A stretch of DNA of 32,000 bases, from the NCBI GenBank assembly GCA_003231955.1, contig QIKL01000057.1, positions 1-32,000 on the forward strand, written 5' to 3'. The notes beneath the pieces are model-generated. The model did not search any database. It was not told the origin of the DNA and saw only the letters and a program-made list of their open reading frames with translations. The DNA is from Candidatus Uhrbacteria bacterium (GTDB lineage Bacteria; Patescibacteriota; Patescibacteriia; 2-12-FULL-60-25). Of this stretch, positions 1-8,935 are shown one piece after another (the first letter of the stretch is position 1; every line of letters begins with the position of its first letter). The translations under genes and the position numbers were made by a program.

Positions 1-3
1 GTC

Positions 4-120
4 TCATACTTTTGCCCTTCTTCTCACTTCTTTTTCATTTCTCATATATTTGAAACGTATCGTACACTCACCCATACTCAACCAGCCACCGGTGCCTCTA
101 AATCTGTTGAATTGTTGCAT
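4..120 (-). CDS. Speculative 38-aa small ORF (MQQFNRFRGTGGWLSMGECTIRFKYMRNEKEVRRRAKV)
   Basis: Read by hand because it is below the 60-aa track cutoff. ATG at 118-120, TGA at 4-6. A purine run AGAGGAG ends 2 nt before the ATG. A sigma70-like promoter lies about 35 nt upstream. No family recognised. Confidence 0.15.
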   Translation of the reverse strand: MQQFNRFRGTGGWLSMGECTIRFKYMRNEKEVRRRAKV

Positions 121-158
121 AGCTCCTCTGTTAGAAGAGTTTCATATGTTAGTGAACT

Positions 159-187
159 TATATACCAACCCCGCATCCTGCAATCAA
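159..187 (-). promoter_or_regulatory. Sigma70-like promoter candidate TTGATT-N17-TATATA
   Basis: On the minus strand, TTGATT (plus 182-187), an exact 17-nt spacer, and TATATA (plus 159-164). It faces the small ORF at 4-120. Confidence 0.3.
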
Positions 188-401
188 TACATCTCCTAAA
201 TGATAAAAAGGTAAAAACGACTCAACCTTACGAATACCGTAAAGATGACTAACAAGCTTTTATACATTCTCAAAAAATCTTTATTTTTATCTCTAAAAAT
301 CCGCATCTCACTGCGAAAATTAGAATAATATCTCTAAATTCTCTAAAAAATTATATACTGGATATAAAAATCTCATTAGAGAAAAATTCAGCACATACAT
401 T

Positions 402-1166
402 TCATTTCAAATTCACAGGTGTCGCGGAACGCCAAGCTGTCTGAAACAATGCACGAAATAAATCGGCACGCTCCGCGCTTTCCACAATAAATCCCATAAT
501 CCCAATCCGAGAAAATGTATATACGCCGACTTTGTGATCTACAATGTTAATCTCCCCGTTGCATGGCGTATCCTCATATGGAATCTTACGAACCTCCCAT
601 GATCGTAAATCAACTTCTGGATGTATGCACCCAGATTTGAGAGCATACATATATTTCCCGTGCATACGGCGCGCCATGCGTTTTCGCTGCCCTTCATTGA
701 CCGCATTTGAATATTCAAGCGACATCTCATCGATCGCGGTGAAACTAAGATATTCTCCGCGCGAATCCATCATAATCTCACGAATCTCAGACATGCCGTC
801 CGGTCCCTCAAAATATCGTACCCTCGGTTTACGCGCGAGTGAGTTGTAAAGCGCCATAAAAAATGGCAAGGACTCTTCCATCTTCTTTTGACGTTTTTTT
901 AACTCATGACCCTGATGTTCCAAAAATAATTTGAGCGATACCGGCGATTCCGCAATATAAAGAATCTTGCTCCCCTGCTCAATACATGACATAAGTCCGC
1001 GCCGTTGAAGATCTTTCAAGCTGTTATAGACCGTCGTCCGATTAACCTTAGATTTCTTAGCAACCTCCTGCACACTCGTAGGGCCAAGTTCGAGCATGGC
1101 TACATAAATGTAAGCCTCTTTTTCGGTCAGGCCGAGTTCGAGCAGGCGTCGTATCGCTTCGCGCAT
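402..1166 (-). CDS. TrmB-family (sugar-type) winged-helix transcriptional regulator
   Basis: 254-aa ORF. The N-terminus LGLTEKEAYIYVAMLELGPTSVQEVAKKSKVNRTTVYNSLKDLQRRGL is the typical TrmB HTH. It starts 17 nt after the upstream GT4 gene, so the two are probably co-transcribed. Confidence 0.75.
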   Translation of the reverse strand: MREAIRRLLELGLTEKEAYIYVAMLELGPTSVQEVAKKSKVNRTTVYNSLKDLQRRGLMSCIEQGSKILYIAESPVSLKLFLEHQGHELKKRQKKMEESLPFFMALYNSLARKPRVRYFEGPDGMSEIREIMMDSRGEYLSFTAIDEMSLEYSNAVNEGQRKRMARRMHGKYMYALKSGCIHPEVDLRSWEVRKIPYEDTPCNGEINIVDHKVGVYTFSRIGIMGFIVESAERADLFRALFQTAWRSATPVNLK

Positions 1167-1183
1167 ATTCTACAAATGCTATG

Positions 1184-2308
1184 TTACCATCGTGTCAAAA
1201 CAGGAAGAGTCTTTTCCGCCGTCGCTTTCCACGTAAATTTCGCAGCTTGTGCGATGCCTTTAACTCGCAAATCCGATTTTAATCCAGGTTCGCTCGCAAT
1301 CCGATCTAATGCATGAGTCAGTTCCTCCTGCTCACCAGGTGAAAAATAAATTGCTGCTTCTCCGCAAACCTCTGGCAAAGATGCCGCATTAGACGATACC
1401 ACCGAACAGCCACACGCCATCGCCTGCACTGGCGGAATCCCAAATCCCTCGTACCATGATGGATGAATCAATGCTTCGGCGCTGTTTAAAATATAAGGAA
1501 GATCAATCTCCGTGATATACCCCAATTCGAGGATATCGCTTTTAACGGTAGAATTCATAATCTCTCGTTTGATGGCATCATACCCAAATCCTTTCGGTCC
1601 AATGAGAATAAGACGGTATGGATCTCCCACGCCGCGTCGGATTTTGAATTGTGTAAAAGCTTTAACAAGCGTCGTGATGTTCTTTTTTGCTTCAAGACGT
1701 CCGACCGCGACGAAATACGGCTTCGGAATCTGATACCGACGCAGGCGTGCCTCAATAGCAGCCGCATCGCGTATAGGACGATACAGCGTATGATCAACGC
1801 CACAGGACGTGATCGCTATCTTCTTTGGATCAATACCGTACGCTTCAGCCATTTCGCGTCCAGAAAACTCAGACACAGTGAGAATACGCTCCGCCTTTTT
1901 TGCGATCTCCCTCATCACATGCTCGTGGATATGTACCTGACGTGGTTTATAGAGCTTGGGGAGACGATGAAATCCAATATCATGCGCCGTCACAACTGTA
2001 TTTTTTGGATGAAAGCGCGGAAGAACCGTCCCTGGCATCCACAACACGTCGATCGAATGTTTCTTAAGCTCGTGCGACAATCTGAATTGCGTCCAACCAT
2101 ACGGAAATGGCCACGTTGCACGCACCTCGTACCAATTCTCTGGCAGAATCTCAAGCCCGTTCACGAGCGGCGCGTTAGAATATAAGATCCATGAATTATT
2201 ATCCTTCGTAGTCTGACGCTTTAATTCTTGAATCACATGCCATGCGTACCATTCGACCCCTGTTTTATTGGGCTTGTTGGCACGTGTGGCTTCAATCCCG
2301 ATCAACAT
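1184..2308 (-). CDS. Glycosyltransferase, GT-B fold (Glycos_transf_1 / CAZy GT4-like)
   Basis: 374-aa ORF with the C-terminal signature [38 protein letters not shown] (the E-x7-E region of GT4 enzymes). Confidence 0.85.
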   Translation of the reverse strand: MLIGIEATRANKPNKTGVEWYAWHVIQELKRQTTKDNNSWILYSNAPLVNGLEILPENWYEVRATWPFPYGWTQFRLSHELKKHSIDVLWMPGTVLPRFHPKNTVVTAHDIGFHRLPKLYKPRQVHIHEHVMREIAKKAERILTVSEFSGREMAEAYGIDPKKIAITSCGVDHTLYRPIRDAAAIEARLRRYQIPKPYFVAVGRLEAKKNITTLVKAFTQFKIRRGVGDPYRLILIGPKGFGYDAIKREIMNSTVKSDILELGYITEIDLPYILNSAEALIHPSWYEGFGIPPVQAMACGCSVVSSNAASLPEVCGEAAIYFSPGEQEELTHALDRIASEPGLKSDLRVKGIAQAAKFTWKATAEKTLPVLTRW

Positions 2309-2341
2309 AACGAGAGTATAGCAGAAGTTGGAAGTTGAAAG

Positions 2342-2378
2342 CTAGAAGCTGATACCATAAATCTAGAAGCTGATACCA
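2342..2378. repeat. Two copies of the 16-mer CTAGAAGCTGATACCA spaced 21 bp apart, preceded by tandem GAAGTTG GAAGTTG
   Basis: Exact copies at 2342-2357 and 2363-2378. Related heptamers GAAGTTG occur at 2324 and 2331. The repeats lie 35-70 bp upstream of the GT4 start (2308). Confidence 0.9.
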
Positions 2379-2583
2379 CGAAGCGCATCCCCCTCTATTT
2401 TTTTCTCATCCCCGCTTCCAATATCTTTCCAATCAAACTCAATATCAATGACCGATAAAAATTTTTTATATATTTTTATATACATATATACGATGCCGTG
2501 TGCGATGTACGATATGCTACTCCTTCTATCCTGTTAACATCCTTGCTGGACGAGGCATAATCCGTGCAGCGAGGAGAAGCCGC

Positions 2584-2757
2584 ATGTGTCCTTTTAAAAA
2601 AATTGAACACTTAATCTTCGGATCAAAGACGCAGGAGAGCATCTACATCATTCATAGTACTCCACGGAGTGTACAATTACAGGAACATCAATTGACCGCG
2701 CAAAAAATAAACATGCTTCGAATATCGCAGATCTCCGCATCATTTTGCGCAGAGTAA
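2584..2757 (+). CDS. Hypothetical small protein (57 aa), speculative
   Basis: Internal ATG of track ORF 2500..2757, preceded by GAGGAG with a 7-nt spacer. SD motifs are rare in this window. No family recognised. Confidence 0.25.
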   Translation: MCPFKKIEHLIFGSKTQESIYIIHSTPRSVQLQEHQLTAQKINMLRISQISASFCAE

Positions 2758-2774
2758 ATGGGTCCTATCCCGTG

Positions 2775-3047
2775 ATGATCACCGAGTACAGCATTGTACT
2801 CACAAAAAATATTCGTGCCTCCGTGATTCTACCCTTTCTTCTTCAAAAGTATTGCGAAACCGAGACTGCGCTGACGCGATGTGATGTCGTATTTCTCACA
2901 AAGGAGGAACGCCTCGAATTTTACGACGAATTCTATCGTCGCGAAGCACAAGATCCTGCAGTCCATGGCAACGACAATGAGCAGTACCTGCCGTTGCGCA
3001 AAGGCGAAGCATTATGTTCAACAATCTTCGGACTTCTTCCGATCTAA
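2775..3047 (+). CDS. Hypothetical small protein (90 aa), speculative
   Basis: First ATG within track ORF 2745..3047 (the track start is TTG). It begins 17 nt after the previous small ORF. A 9-bp GC-rich hairpin begins 12 nt after its stop. No SD and no family recognised. Confidence 0.25.
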   Translation: MITEYSIVLTKNIRASVILPFLLQKYCETETALTRCDVVFLTKEERLEFYDEFYRREAQDPAVHGNDNEQYLPLRKGEALCSTIFGLLPI

Positions 3048-3058
3048 AACCGTCTCAC

Positions 3059-3081
3059 GAACGGGGCATCTCGCCCCGTTC
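3059..3081. terminator. GC-rich stem-loop GAACGGGGC-atctc-GCCCCGTTC (possible terminator, no clear U-tract)
   Basis: Perfect 9-bp inverted repeat with a 5-nt loop, directly downstream of ORF 2775..3047. Confidence 0.35.
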
Positions 3082-3348
3082 TGTACTATCTGGAGGTAAA
3101 AAACTATATTCGGCAGGCCTCCAAAAAAAAAGTATCTTTACGCCACAACGATTCTGGATGAACAACAAAAAAATACCTTTTCATGACGAGGATACACCCA
3201 ACTGTAAATGGAATAAGAAAAATACCGCGGAACGGTAGGTCACGATACAGGACGATATACACGCAAGGAATTTGTGGAGATCAAACCGTCACGGCGCAAA
3301 AATCCAATAAGTATAGACCCCCAATTATAAATGACCTGTCTAATCGTC

Positions 3349-3900
3349 TCATGCATAACGCGGATTTTTTTTGCTAACAGCTAATGCCATCGCGGTGATG
3401 ACCGCGGCCCACGTCGCATATGGAAAAAGCAAAACTGCGGAAAACGGGGAAACGGGCCAGATCAAAATAATAAGAATACCCATTGTAATCACGATCGCCA
3501 CAGATGCGATAGCCGACTCGTGAAGACGATGCCCCACAAAAAACATATAGTTCCACATAACATTAAGCACGCCACTGGCAAGAAAAAGAAGAGCGATAAG
3601 CTGACGAAGTCCCGTGGTGGATAATATCGGGCTGAGCCATGCGGGACTATTCCAAAACAAAATTGCCGAGAGTGCAATAAGCATATACATCAATACCCAC
3701 ACAAAACCGAACACACCGCCTGGAGGTATCCACCTAGGAAGTTTAAGTTTGTGATACCACGCCACGCCCTGCAACGTGTATATGCCTCCTAGAATCGCGA
3801 CCATGAAAACGAGGATTGGAATGATGATGATGCTCGACAACATATTGATTAGGATACCATATTCACTCTTGGATGAAATCAATGACACACGAGAACTCAT
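3349..3900 (-). CDS. tspO: TspO/MBR family tryptophan-rich sensory protein
   Basis: The motif WYHKLKLPRWIPPGGVFGFVWVLMYMLIA matches the TspO pattern W-Y-x-x-L-x-K-P-x-W-x-P-P. The protein has five hydrophobic segments and is Trp-rich. The track ORF begins at a TTG (3939). ATG candidates are at 3900, 3843 (gives the typical 164-aa length) and 3804, so the start is uncertain. Confidence 0.7.
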   Translation of the reverse strand: MSSRVSLISSKSEYGILINMLSSIIIIPILVFMVAILGGIYTLQGVAWYHKLKLPRWIPPGGVFGFVWVLMYMLIALSAILFWNSPAWLSPILSTTGLRQLIALLFLASGVLNVMWNYMFFVGHRLHESAIASVAIVITMGILIILIWPVSPFSAVLLFPYATWAAVITAMALAVSKKNPRYA

Positions 3901-4013
3901 CAAAACGACTATAGGCAGCTTTGGGAATAATTTTATCAATAAATCTCGTAGACGTTGGCTATTGAAGATGTTACCATTACGATCGTTACTCTAAATCTTG
4001 AACCAAAATAATT

Positions 4014-4397
4014 ATGGAATTTGATTACACAACATCTACAGAAAAAACTTTTGATCTTGCAGCTCAAAATGTACAAGACGAAATTGCTAAAGCAGGTATG
4101 AAGGTTTTATACGTCCACGATGTGCAAAAAAGTTTAGTGGAAAAAGGATTTAAAAGAGATCCATTCAAAATTATTGAATTTTGTAACGCAAAATTCGCCG
4201 ACGAGTTCCTGAATAAAGACATCAAAATAGGACTCTGCTTGCCATGTAAAATCAATGTGTACATTAAGGATGGACAAACATACATTTCTGGAATGCGACC
4301 GATTATTCTATCTCATTTTTTTCCGCATGTAGATTTAGGCGAGAGGCTAAAAGAAATTGATCAGATTATTCAAAACATTGTACATAACGCCAAATAA
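4014..4397 (+). CDS. DUF302 domain protein
   Basis: 127 aa. The region FKIIEFCNAKFADEFLNKDIKIGLCLPCKINVY resembles the DUF302 core (ilg-C-N-P ... L-P-C-x-v-x-V). It is one of very few plus-strand genes and is visibly AT-rich. Confidence 0.7.
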   Translation: MEFDYTTSTEKTFDLAAQNVQDEIAKAGMKVLYVHDVQKSLVEKGFKRDPFKIIEFCNAKFADEFLNKDIKIGLCLPCKINVYIKDGQTYISGMRPIILSHFFPHVDLGERLKEIDQIIQNIVHNAK

Positions 4398-4445
4398 TAA
4401 AAAACTCATTGACGACGGAATAAAAAAAAATCGCCCTGTTTTTGA

Positions 4446-5450
4446 CTACGAGCTAAAAATACTTCGCTTGTAGCTCTCTAAATTTTCCAACGCTATCCCC
4501 GTCCCTTTGGCGACGCAGAGTTGCGGTGTGTCAGCGACAAAAACCGAAACACCAGTAGCTTCGCTAAAAAGACGATCAAGGTTACGAAGCTGGGACGATC
4601 CGCCAGAGAGAACCATCCCCTTCTCTATCACATCCGCAGAAAGTTCTGGCGGTGTATTATGCAAAACATCTTTAACCGCATCAATAATCCCCTGCAATTC
4701 ATGTTGAATCGCATCAGTCACATCATCGCTTGTCACAGTAATAATACGCGGAAGGCCCGTAATCATGTCACGTCCCTTAGCTTGCATCTCTAATTTATCT
4801 TCCAAATATAATGCGGATCCAATACGAATTTTAATCTCTTCCGACGTACGCTCACCAATTGCGAGGCCGTATTTACGACGGATGTGTTCTATAACCGCGA
4901 CATCAAGCTTATTGCCGCCGATGCGGACAGAGCTAGAAGAAACGATGCCACCAAGCGAGATAACAGCGATCTCGCTCGTACCACCTCCAATATCCACGAC
5001 CATATGACCAGACGCGGATCCAATGGGAATATCCGCGCCAATCGCGGCCACAACAGGTTCTTTAATAATATACGCGGCGCGCGCACCGGCAGAAATCGTG
5101 GCGTCAATCACAGCGCGCCGTTCGGTCGAAGTAATACCACCAGGGACCGCAATCATGACTTCGGGACGAAAAAAACGCACGCCACCTAACGCTTTATTGA
5201 TAAAATACCGAAGCATTGCCTCAGTCGTACGATAGTCAGCGATAACACCATCCTTAAGCGGCCGCTTCGCAACAATTGTATCGGGCGTGCGTCCGATCAT
5301 CTCTTTTGCTTCCTTTCCCACGGCAAGCACACGTTTATCCGCAAGCGAAATCGCGACGACGGACGGTTCGTTTAGAACAATCCCCTTCTTGGGGATATAC
5401 ACAAGGACAGTCGTCGTCCCAAGGTCAATGCCGATCTTTTTGGCAAACAT
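4446..5450 (-). CDS. mreB: Rod shape-determining actin homologue MreB
   Basis: 334 aa with IGIDLGTTTVLVY, PGGITSTERRAV, VVDIGGGTSEIAVISLGG and VLSGGSSQLRNLD (actin/Hsp70 phosphate and adenosine motifs in MreB order). Confidence 0.95.
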   Translation of the reverse strand: MFAKKIGIDLGTTTVLVYIPKKGIVLNEPSVVAISLADKRVLAVGKEAKEMIGRTPDTIVAKRPLKDGVIADYRTTEAMLRYFINKALGGVRFFRPEVMIAVPGGITSTERRAVIDATISAGARAAYIIKEPVVAAIGADIPIGSASGHMVVDIGGGTSEIAVISLGGIVSSSSVRIGGNKLDVAVIEHIRRKYGLAIGERTSEEIKIRIGSALYLEDKLEMQAKGRDMITGLPRIITVTSDDVTDAIQHELQGIIDAVKDVLHNTPPELSADVIEKGMVLSGGSSQLRNLDRLFSEATGVSVFVADTPQLCVAKGTGIALENLESYKRSIFSS

Positions 5451-5511
5451 GATGATACGTAAAAATTACCTCATCATCCCGAGCGGCTCAGAATGATATT
5501 TCTAGAATTTT

Positions 5512-7704
5512 TTATTTGAATGAAATATTGAACACACGATCAAGTAATGAATCCGTTGTATACTCATAACGAGCATCTCCAAACTGCGATGCGTCCTCAG
5601 ATGGGACCGCAGACTTCAGTGTTGTAGCGAATGAGAGGTCCAGCGTCAATTGCGTATTATCTGCTCCAGCCTGTTTAGGCCAGTCGAGATGATAGCCAGT
5701 TGTCGTCACATTTGCCAGCACAGACGGTGGGAGTTTGTATGTAAACGAAAGTGTACCAGTGTGTCCAGGTTCAATGGACCAGAACGCACCAAAAACCGTC
5801 TTGCCGAGTTCCTTAGTAACATTAACTGTACCAGGTACGGCAACACCTCCCGTCTTGTATCTATCATCCTTCATCGCACCTTTAGAAGAAATAAGCTCCG
5901 AACCTTCTGGAACGTATACGCGTGTATAACTTCGATAGCGCGTGTATCGCCAGTCAATTTTTTTCGCCGTATTTGTGTAGGTCAAAGTTACGGTCGCGAT
6001 CGGATGAGCTGGATTTCGTGCATCGAGTTTATATGTGATCTTTTTTTTCATCACGCCGTCGGTCTTGAGCGCGGCGAGATTCGCATCAATAACCCATACA
6101 AAATCACCAGTTGTGGGCTTAGCTCGCCCAGTCCATCCGCGAGCGTCAAGAATCTTGAGAAAATTTGGATCCGAACTATAAATCATAATCTGCTTGCGAT
6201 TGAGTGCCTTGGTCACGAGACCCGTAATCTCATTCCAACGGGAAGATGGCAATGCTTTAATCTTATCAAGAAGCGCGACGCCAATAGCATTGATAATGTC
6301 CTTACGCTTGGCAAGCGGTATCCCTTGTTTGAGAAATCCTTCTTCGACCTGATATTCAATCTGATTGAAAAAGTTATTTTCATTAAAAACCTGCCCATCC
6401 ACCGTAACTGGTCCCGTGAGATGTAAGAGTGCCTTAAAAAATGCGGGTTCAAGGGCGAGGACAGCTGTGGGCGGGTTCACGAGTGGTTTACCCGTACCGA
6501 CATGGATCTCACGCGTAAAAAAATTACGTTCAGTCTTAGCCGATGTAGGAAAATCCGGTGACCAATTTGCATCGCGCATGTACCACTTCGTAACGCCGAG
6601 ATATTTTGCAATAGGTTCAGGCGGCACCTCGTGCCAATTATAGGAAGCAGGATTATCGATATTATAGACGTCTGTAAACGCAAGATTCGTGAGATTACCC
6701 GCATCAAGGCTCATCGTACCCACATTCCCGATAAACCCGCCACCTGGTCGAAGTTCATCTGAATTCTGAAGGAGAATGAGGTAATGAATCGGCGTCGGAT
6801 ACCCAGCCGCGGGGACGAGTACCTCAACGAGCGGGACACCCTGGTCAAGCGCCTCTTTGAGCTTAGGCAACATATCGGCAACGGGTCGAAGTGCATTCCG
6901 GAGAGGTGCAATAAGATTATTTTGAGGTACACGATTCCAAAGCTCAAGCGCGAGATCTATCTTATCGCGTGCAAGACGAAGATCTGGAAGAGCATTGGAG
7001 AATCGTTCAAGAAGATTATGTTTTTCTGCGGGTGAAAGACTAGAAAAACTGCGTGTGGGCGCAATACCCGTTGTAAGTGATCCAGCAGCTGTGGCACCTC
7101 CACGAAGCGCATTAATCACGACCTCGACCACGTTCAAAACGTCGTGCATCCCATCAAGAGTCTGCGATCCGGCTGTTGCGGCGTCTTCAAGTGCGCGAAT
7201 CTGGACACCCACACCTGGAACGTCACGCCAAAAACCCACATTCTGTAAAGAATCATGCGCGTCGTTCAGATCCATTCGTGCAGATGTGAGGTCAGTCTTG
7301 GCTGCGGCAATATCGAGTTTCTTTATATTGTCCCGTGCCTGCTGAAGTGAACCCTTCGCGGCCTGCGCGGACGTATACGCATGAACCAAAGAAATACCCG
7401 CCGGGACCGTGACAATAAGAAAAATACCCACAATGGCGGCAATGGCCCAACAAAAAATACGAAACCATACCCGCTTTGATTTAGGAGACGGCGGTACGGT
7501 CACGGGATGTTTTGGTTTCGAAATGACTGGTGGCAGAACAGACGATGGAGATATCGGCGGTGACGCAGTCGGCGGTGACGCAGTCGGCGGTGATACTATT
7601 ACAGCAGCCGAACGCGAAGGAGCCTCCGAGGGAAGATCCTTCGGAATTTCAGGAAACGCCGGACAGGTTAAAAAATTCGGCGCAGGATGTTTATCACGAG
7701 CCAT
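5512..7704 (-). CDS. DUF4012 domain membrane-anchored protein
   Basis: 730 aa with a Pro-rich N-terminus, one TM (FCWAIAAIVGIFLIVTV) and the DUF4012 signature YLILLQNSDELRPGGGFIGNVG. Confidence 0.75.
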   Translation of the reverse strand: MARDKHPAPNFLTCPAFPEIPKDLPSEAPSRSAAVIVSPPTASPPTASPPISPSSVLPPVISKPKHPVTVPPSPKSKRVWFRIFCWAIAAIVGIFLIVTVPAGISLVHAYTSAQAAKGSLQQARDNIKKLDIAAAKTDLTSARMDLNDAHDSLQNVGFWRDVPGVGVQIRALEDAATAGSQTLDGMHDVLNVVEVVINALRGGATAAGSLTTGIAPTRSFSSLSPAEKHNLLERFSNALPDLRLARDKIDLALELWNRVPQNNLIAPLRNALRPVADMLPKLKEALDQGVPLVEVLVPAAGYPTPIHYLILLQNSDELRPGGGFIGNVGTMSLDAGNLTNLAFTDVYNIDNPASYNWHEVPPEPIAKYLGVTKWYMRDANWSPDFPTSAKTERNFFTREIHVGTGKPLVNPPTAVLALEPAFFKALLHLTGPVTVDGQVFNENNFFNQIEYQVEEGFLKQGIPLAKRKDIINAIGVALLDKIKALPSSRWNEITGLVTKALNRKQIMIYSSDPNFLKILDARGWTGRAKPTTGDFVWVIDANLAALKTDGVMKKKITYKLDARNPAHPIATVTLTYTNTAKKIDWRYTRYRSYTRVYVPEGSELISSKGAMKDDRYKTGGVAVPGTVNVTKELGKTVFGAFWSIEPGHTGTLSFTYKLPPSVLANVTTTGYHLDWPKQAGADNTQLTLDLSFATTLKSAVPSEDASQFGDARYEYTTDSLLDRVFNISFK
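7556..7593. repeat. In-frame tandem 15-bp repeat (GGCGGTGACGCAGTC x2 plus a partial copy) encoding PPTAS-PPTAS-PP
   Basis: Exact copies at 7556-7570 and 7571-7585, with a partial copy at 7586-7593, inside the Pro-rich N-terminus of the DUF4012 gene. Confidence 0.9.
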
Positions 7705-7819
7705 GAGTTTTTATAGTGTACCGTATTTTTCAATTCTCCTCTCGTGAGACGAGCAATTCCGAACAAAATCAATAAAATGCCCCTATTAAATCCTCGCCAC
7801 ACTTAATAAATATAGAATG

Positions 7820-8860
7820 TTACTTAAAGTGTCTACGCATGGCACGTCCAGACACAGATGTCTTATACTTAATCTCGCGACGCTTCGTGAGCATGACAGA
7901 TAGGCGCCCCATTGCCTGGATGCCTGCCATCCAACGACTCGGTCGAAAAATCCCGATAAGAAATTCACTTCCCTGTACCGCAATGACCCATGGCGCGTGC
8001 AAAAGGAGATCACTGACGGTATCATTTTTTATAAGCAACCACATCTGATTACGCGCCATAAAAGTATGTGCAGGGGATGGGGTATGGCGATGAAAAAGAG
8101 CAGAAAGACCACGATACGTCTGTCCATCGTGAGAATGATGCCAGATGATTGCCGCAGGAACGAGACAAACAGGCATACCATATCGCTGCATGCGCCACGC
8201 AAGATCCACATCTTCGAGACATTGAAACATATCTTCATCAAAAAATTCGTCATGGAACTTTAAGTGTAAAATAGCTGAGGCTCGCACGAGCAAGCATGAA
8301 CGGGAAATACCAAAAACCTCAATTTCCTCATCATACTGCCCACGATCCTCTTCCCCAGCTCCGCGATGAAATGCCCGACGTGAACGACAAAACTGGATGC
8401 CAGTTGAATCAATCGTCGAGAAGTGCTCCGATTCACGCGAACCATCTTCCGCGATAATCGCATGGGCACGCAACATCTTAGGTCCGCACGCCATAACTTT
8501 GGGATTCGCATCCATAAAGGATACAAGTGCCGCGAGTGCACCAGGCGCAAACTCAATATCAGGATCCGCAATAAGCACATACCGATACGGCCATACCTCC
8601 TCTGGCCACCGTGTGAGCGCAAGCTGAATCCCTTGGTTATGTGCACGACATAACCCTTGGTTACGAAAGTTACGAAGCGTCGCGACTTCTGGATGCTCAT
8701 GCAAGAGCCAACTTGCAGCGCCGTCAGTCGACGCATTGTCCACCACAGTCACAGAATAGTCCTGAACAGTTTGCTCACCGAGCGACGCAAAAAATGCCGG
8801 TAGATACGCCATGGAATTCCACACAACGATGTTGATGCAGACCTTCTTTGCCTCCTCCAT
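7820..8860 (-). CDS. Glycosyltransferase family 2 (soluble GT-A type)
   Basis: 346 aa. The N-terminus INIVVWNSMAYLPAFFASLGEQTVQDYSVTVVDNASTDG and the later ADPDIEF (DxD) are typical GT2. Confidence 0.85.
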   Translation of the reverse strand: MEEAKKVCINIVVWNSMAYLPAFFASLGEQTVQDYSVTVVDNASTDGAASWLLHEHPEVATLRNFRNQGLCRAHNQGIQLALTRWPEEVWPYRYVLIADPDIEFAPGALAALVSFMDANPKVMACGPKMLRAHAIIAEDGSRESEHFSTIDSTGIQFCRSRRAFHRGAGEEDRGQYDEEIEVFGISRSCLLVRASAILHLKFHDEFFDEDMFQCLEDVDLAWRMQRYGMPVCLVPAAIIWHHSHDGQTYRGLSALFHRHTPSPAHTFMARNQMWLLIKNDTVSDLLLHAPWVIAVQGSEFLIGIFRPSRWMAGIQAMGRLSVMLTKRREIKYKTSVSGRAMRRHFK

Positions 8861-8935
8861 ATTCGGATTTCTATCCTACCCTTCCATCTTCCAGATTGGA
8901 AGTGGACTAAAATAATTTTTATTTCAAAAAAAATA

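Noticed and set aside
4-120. The RRRAK ending of the 38-aa micro-ORF resembles ribosomal protein L34 (…RRRAKGR…).
   Set aside because: The rest of L34 (MKRTFQP…HGFR.RM) is absent in all three frames and the spacing does not align, so this is a chance similarity.
3216-3237. A minus-strand hairpin TACCG-ttccg-CGGTA followed by TTTTTCTT, about 110 nt downstream of tspO, as a possible terminator.
   Set aside because: The stem is only 5 bp and lies far from the stop codon, which is too weak to call.
5650-6426. A 258-aa plus-strand ORF antisense to the DUF4012 gene. Similar long antisense or alternative-frame ORFs occur at 1649-2185, 8260-8736, 11981-12643, 24544-24984, 27136-27513, 27757-28131 and 30604-31284.
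   Set aside because: Each lies entirely within a gene that has clear family motifs on the other strand or frame. Their translations are Arg/Cys/Ser-rich, low-complexity junk, typical of shadow ORFs in moderate-GC DNA.
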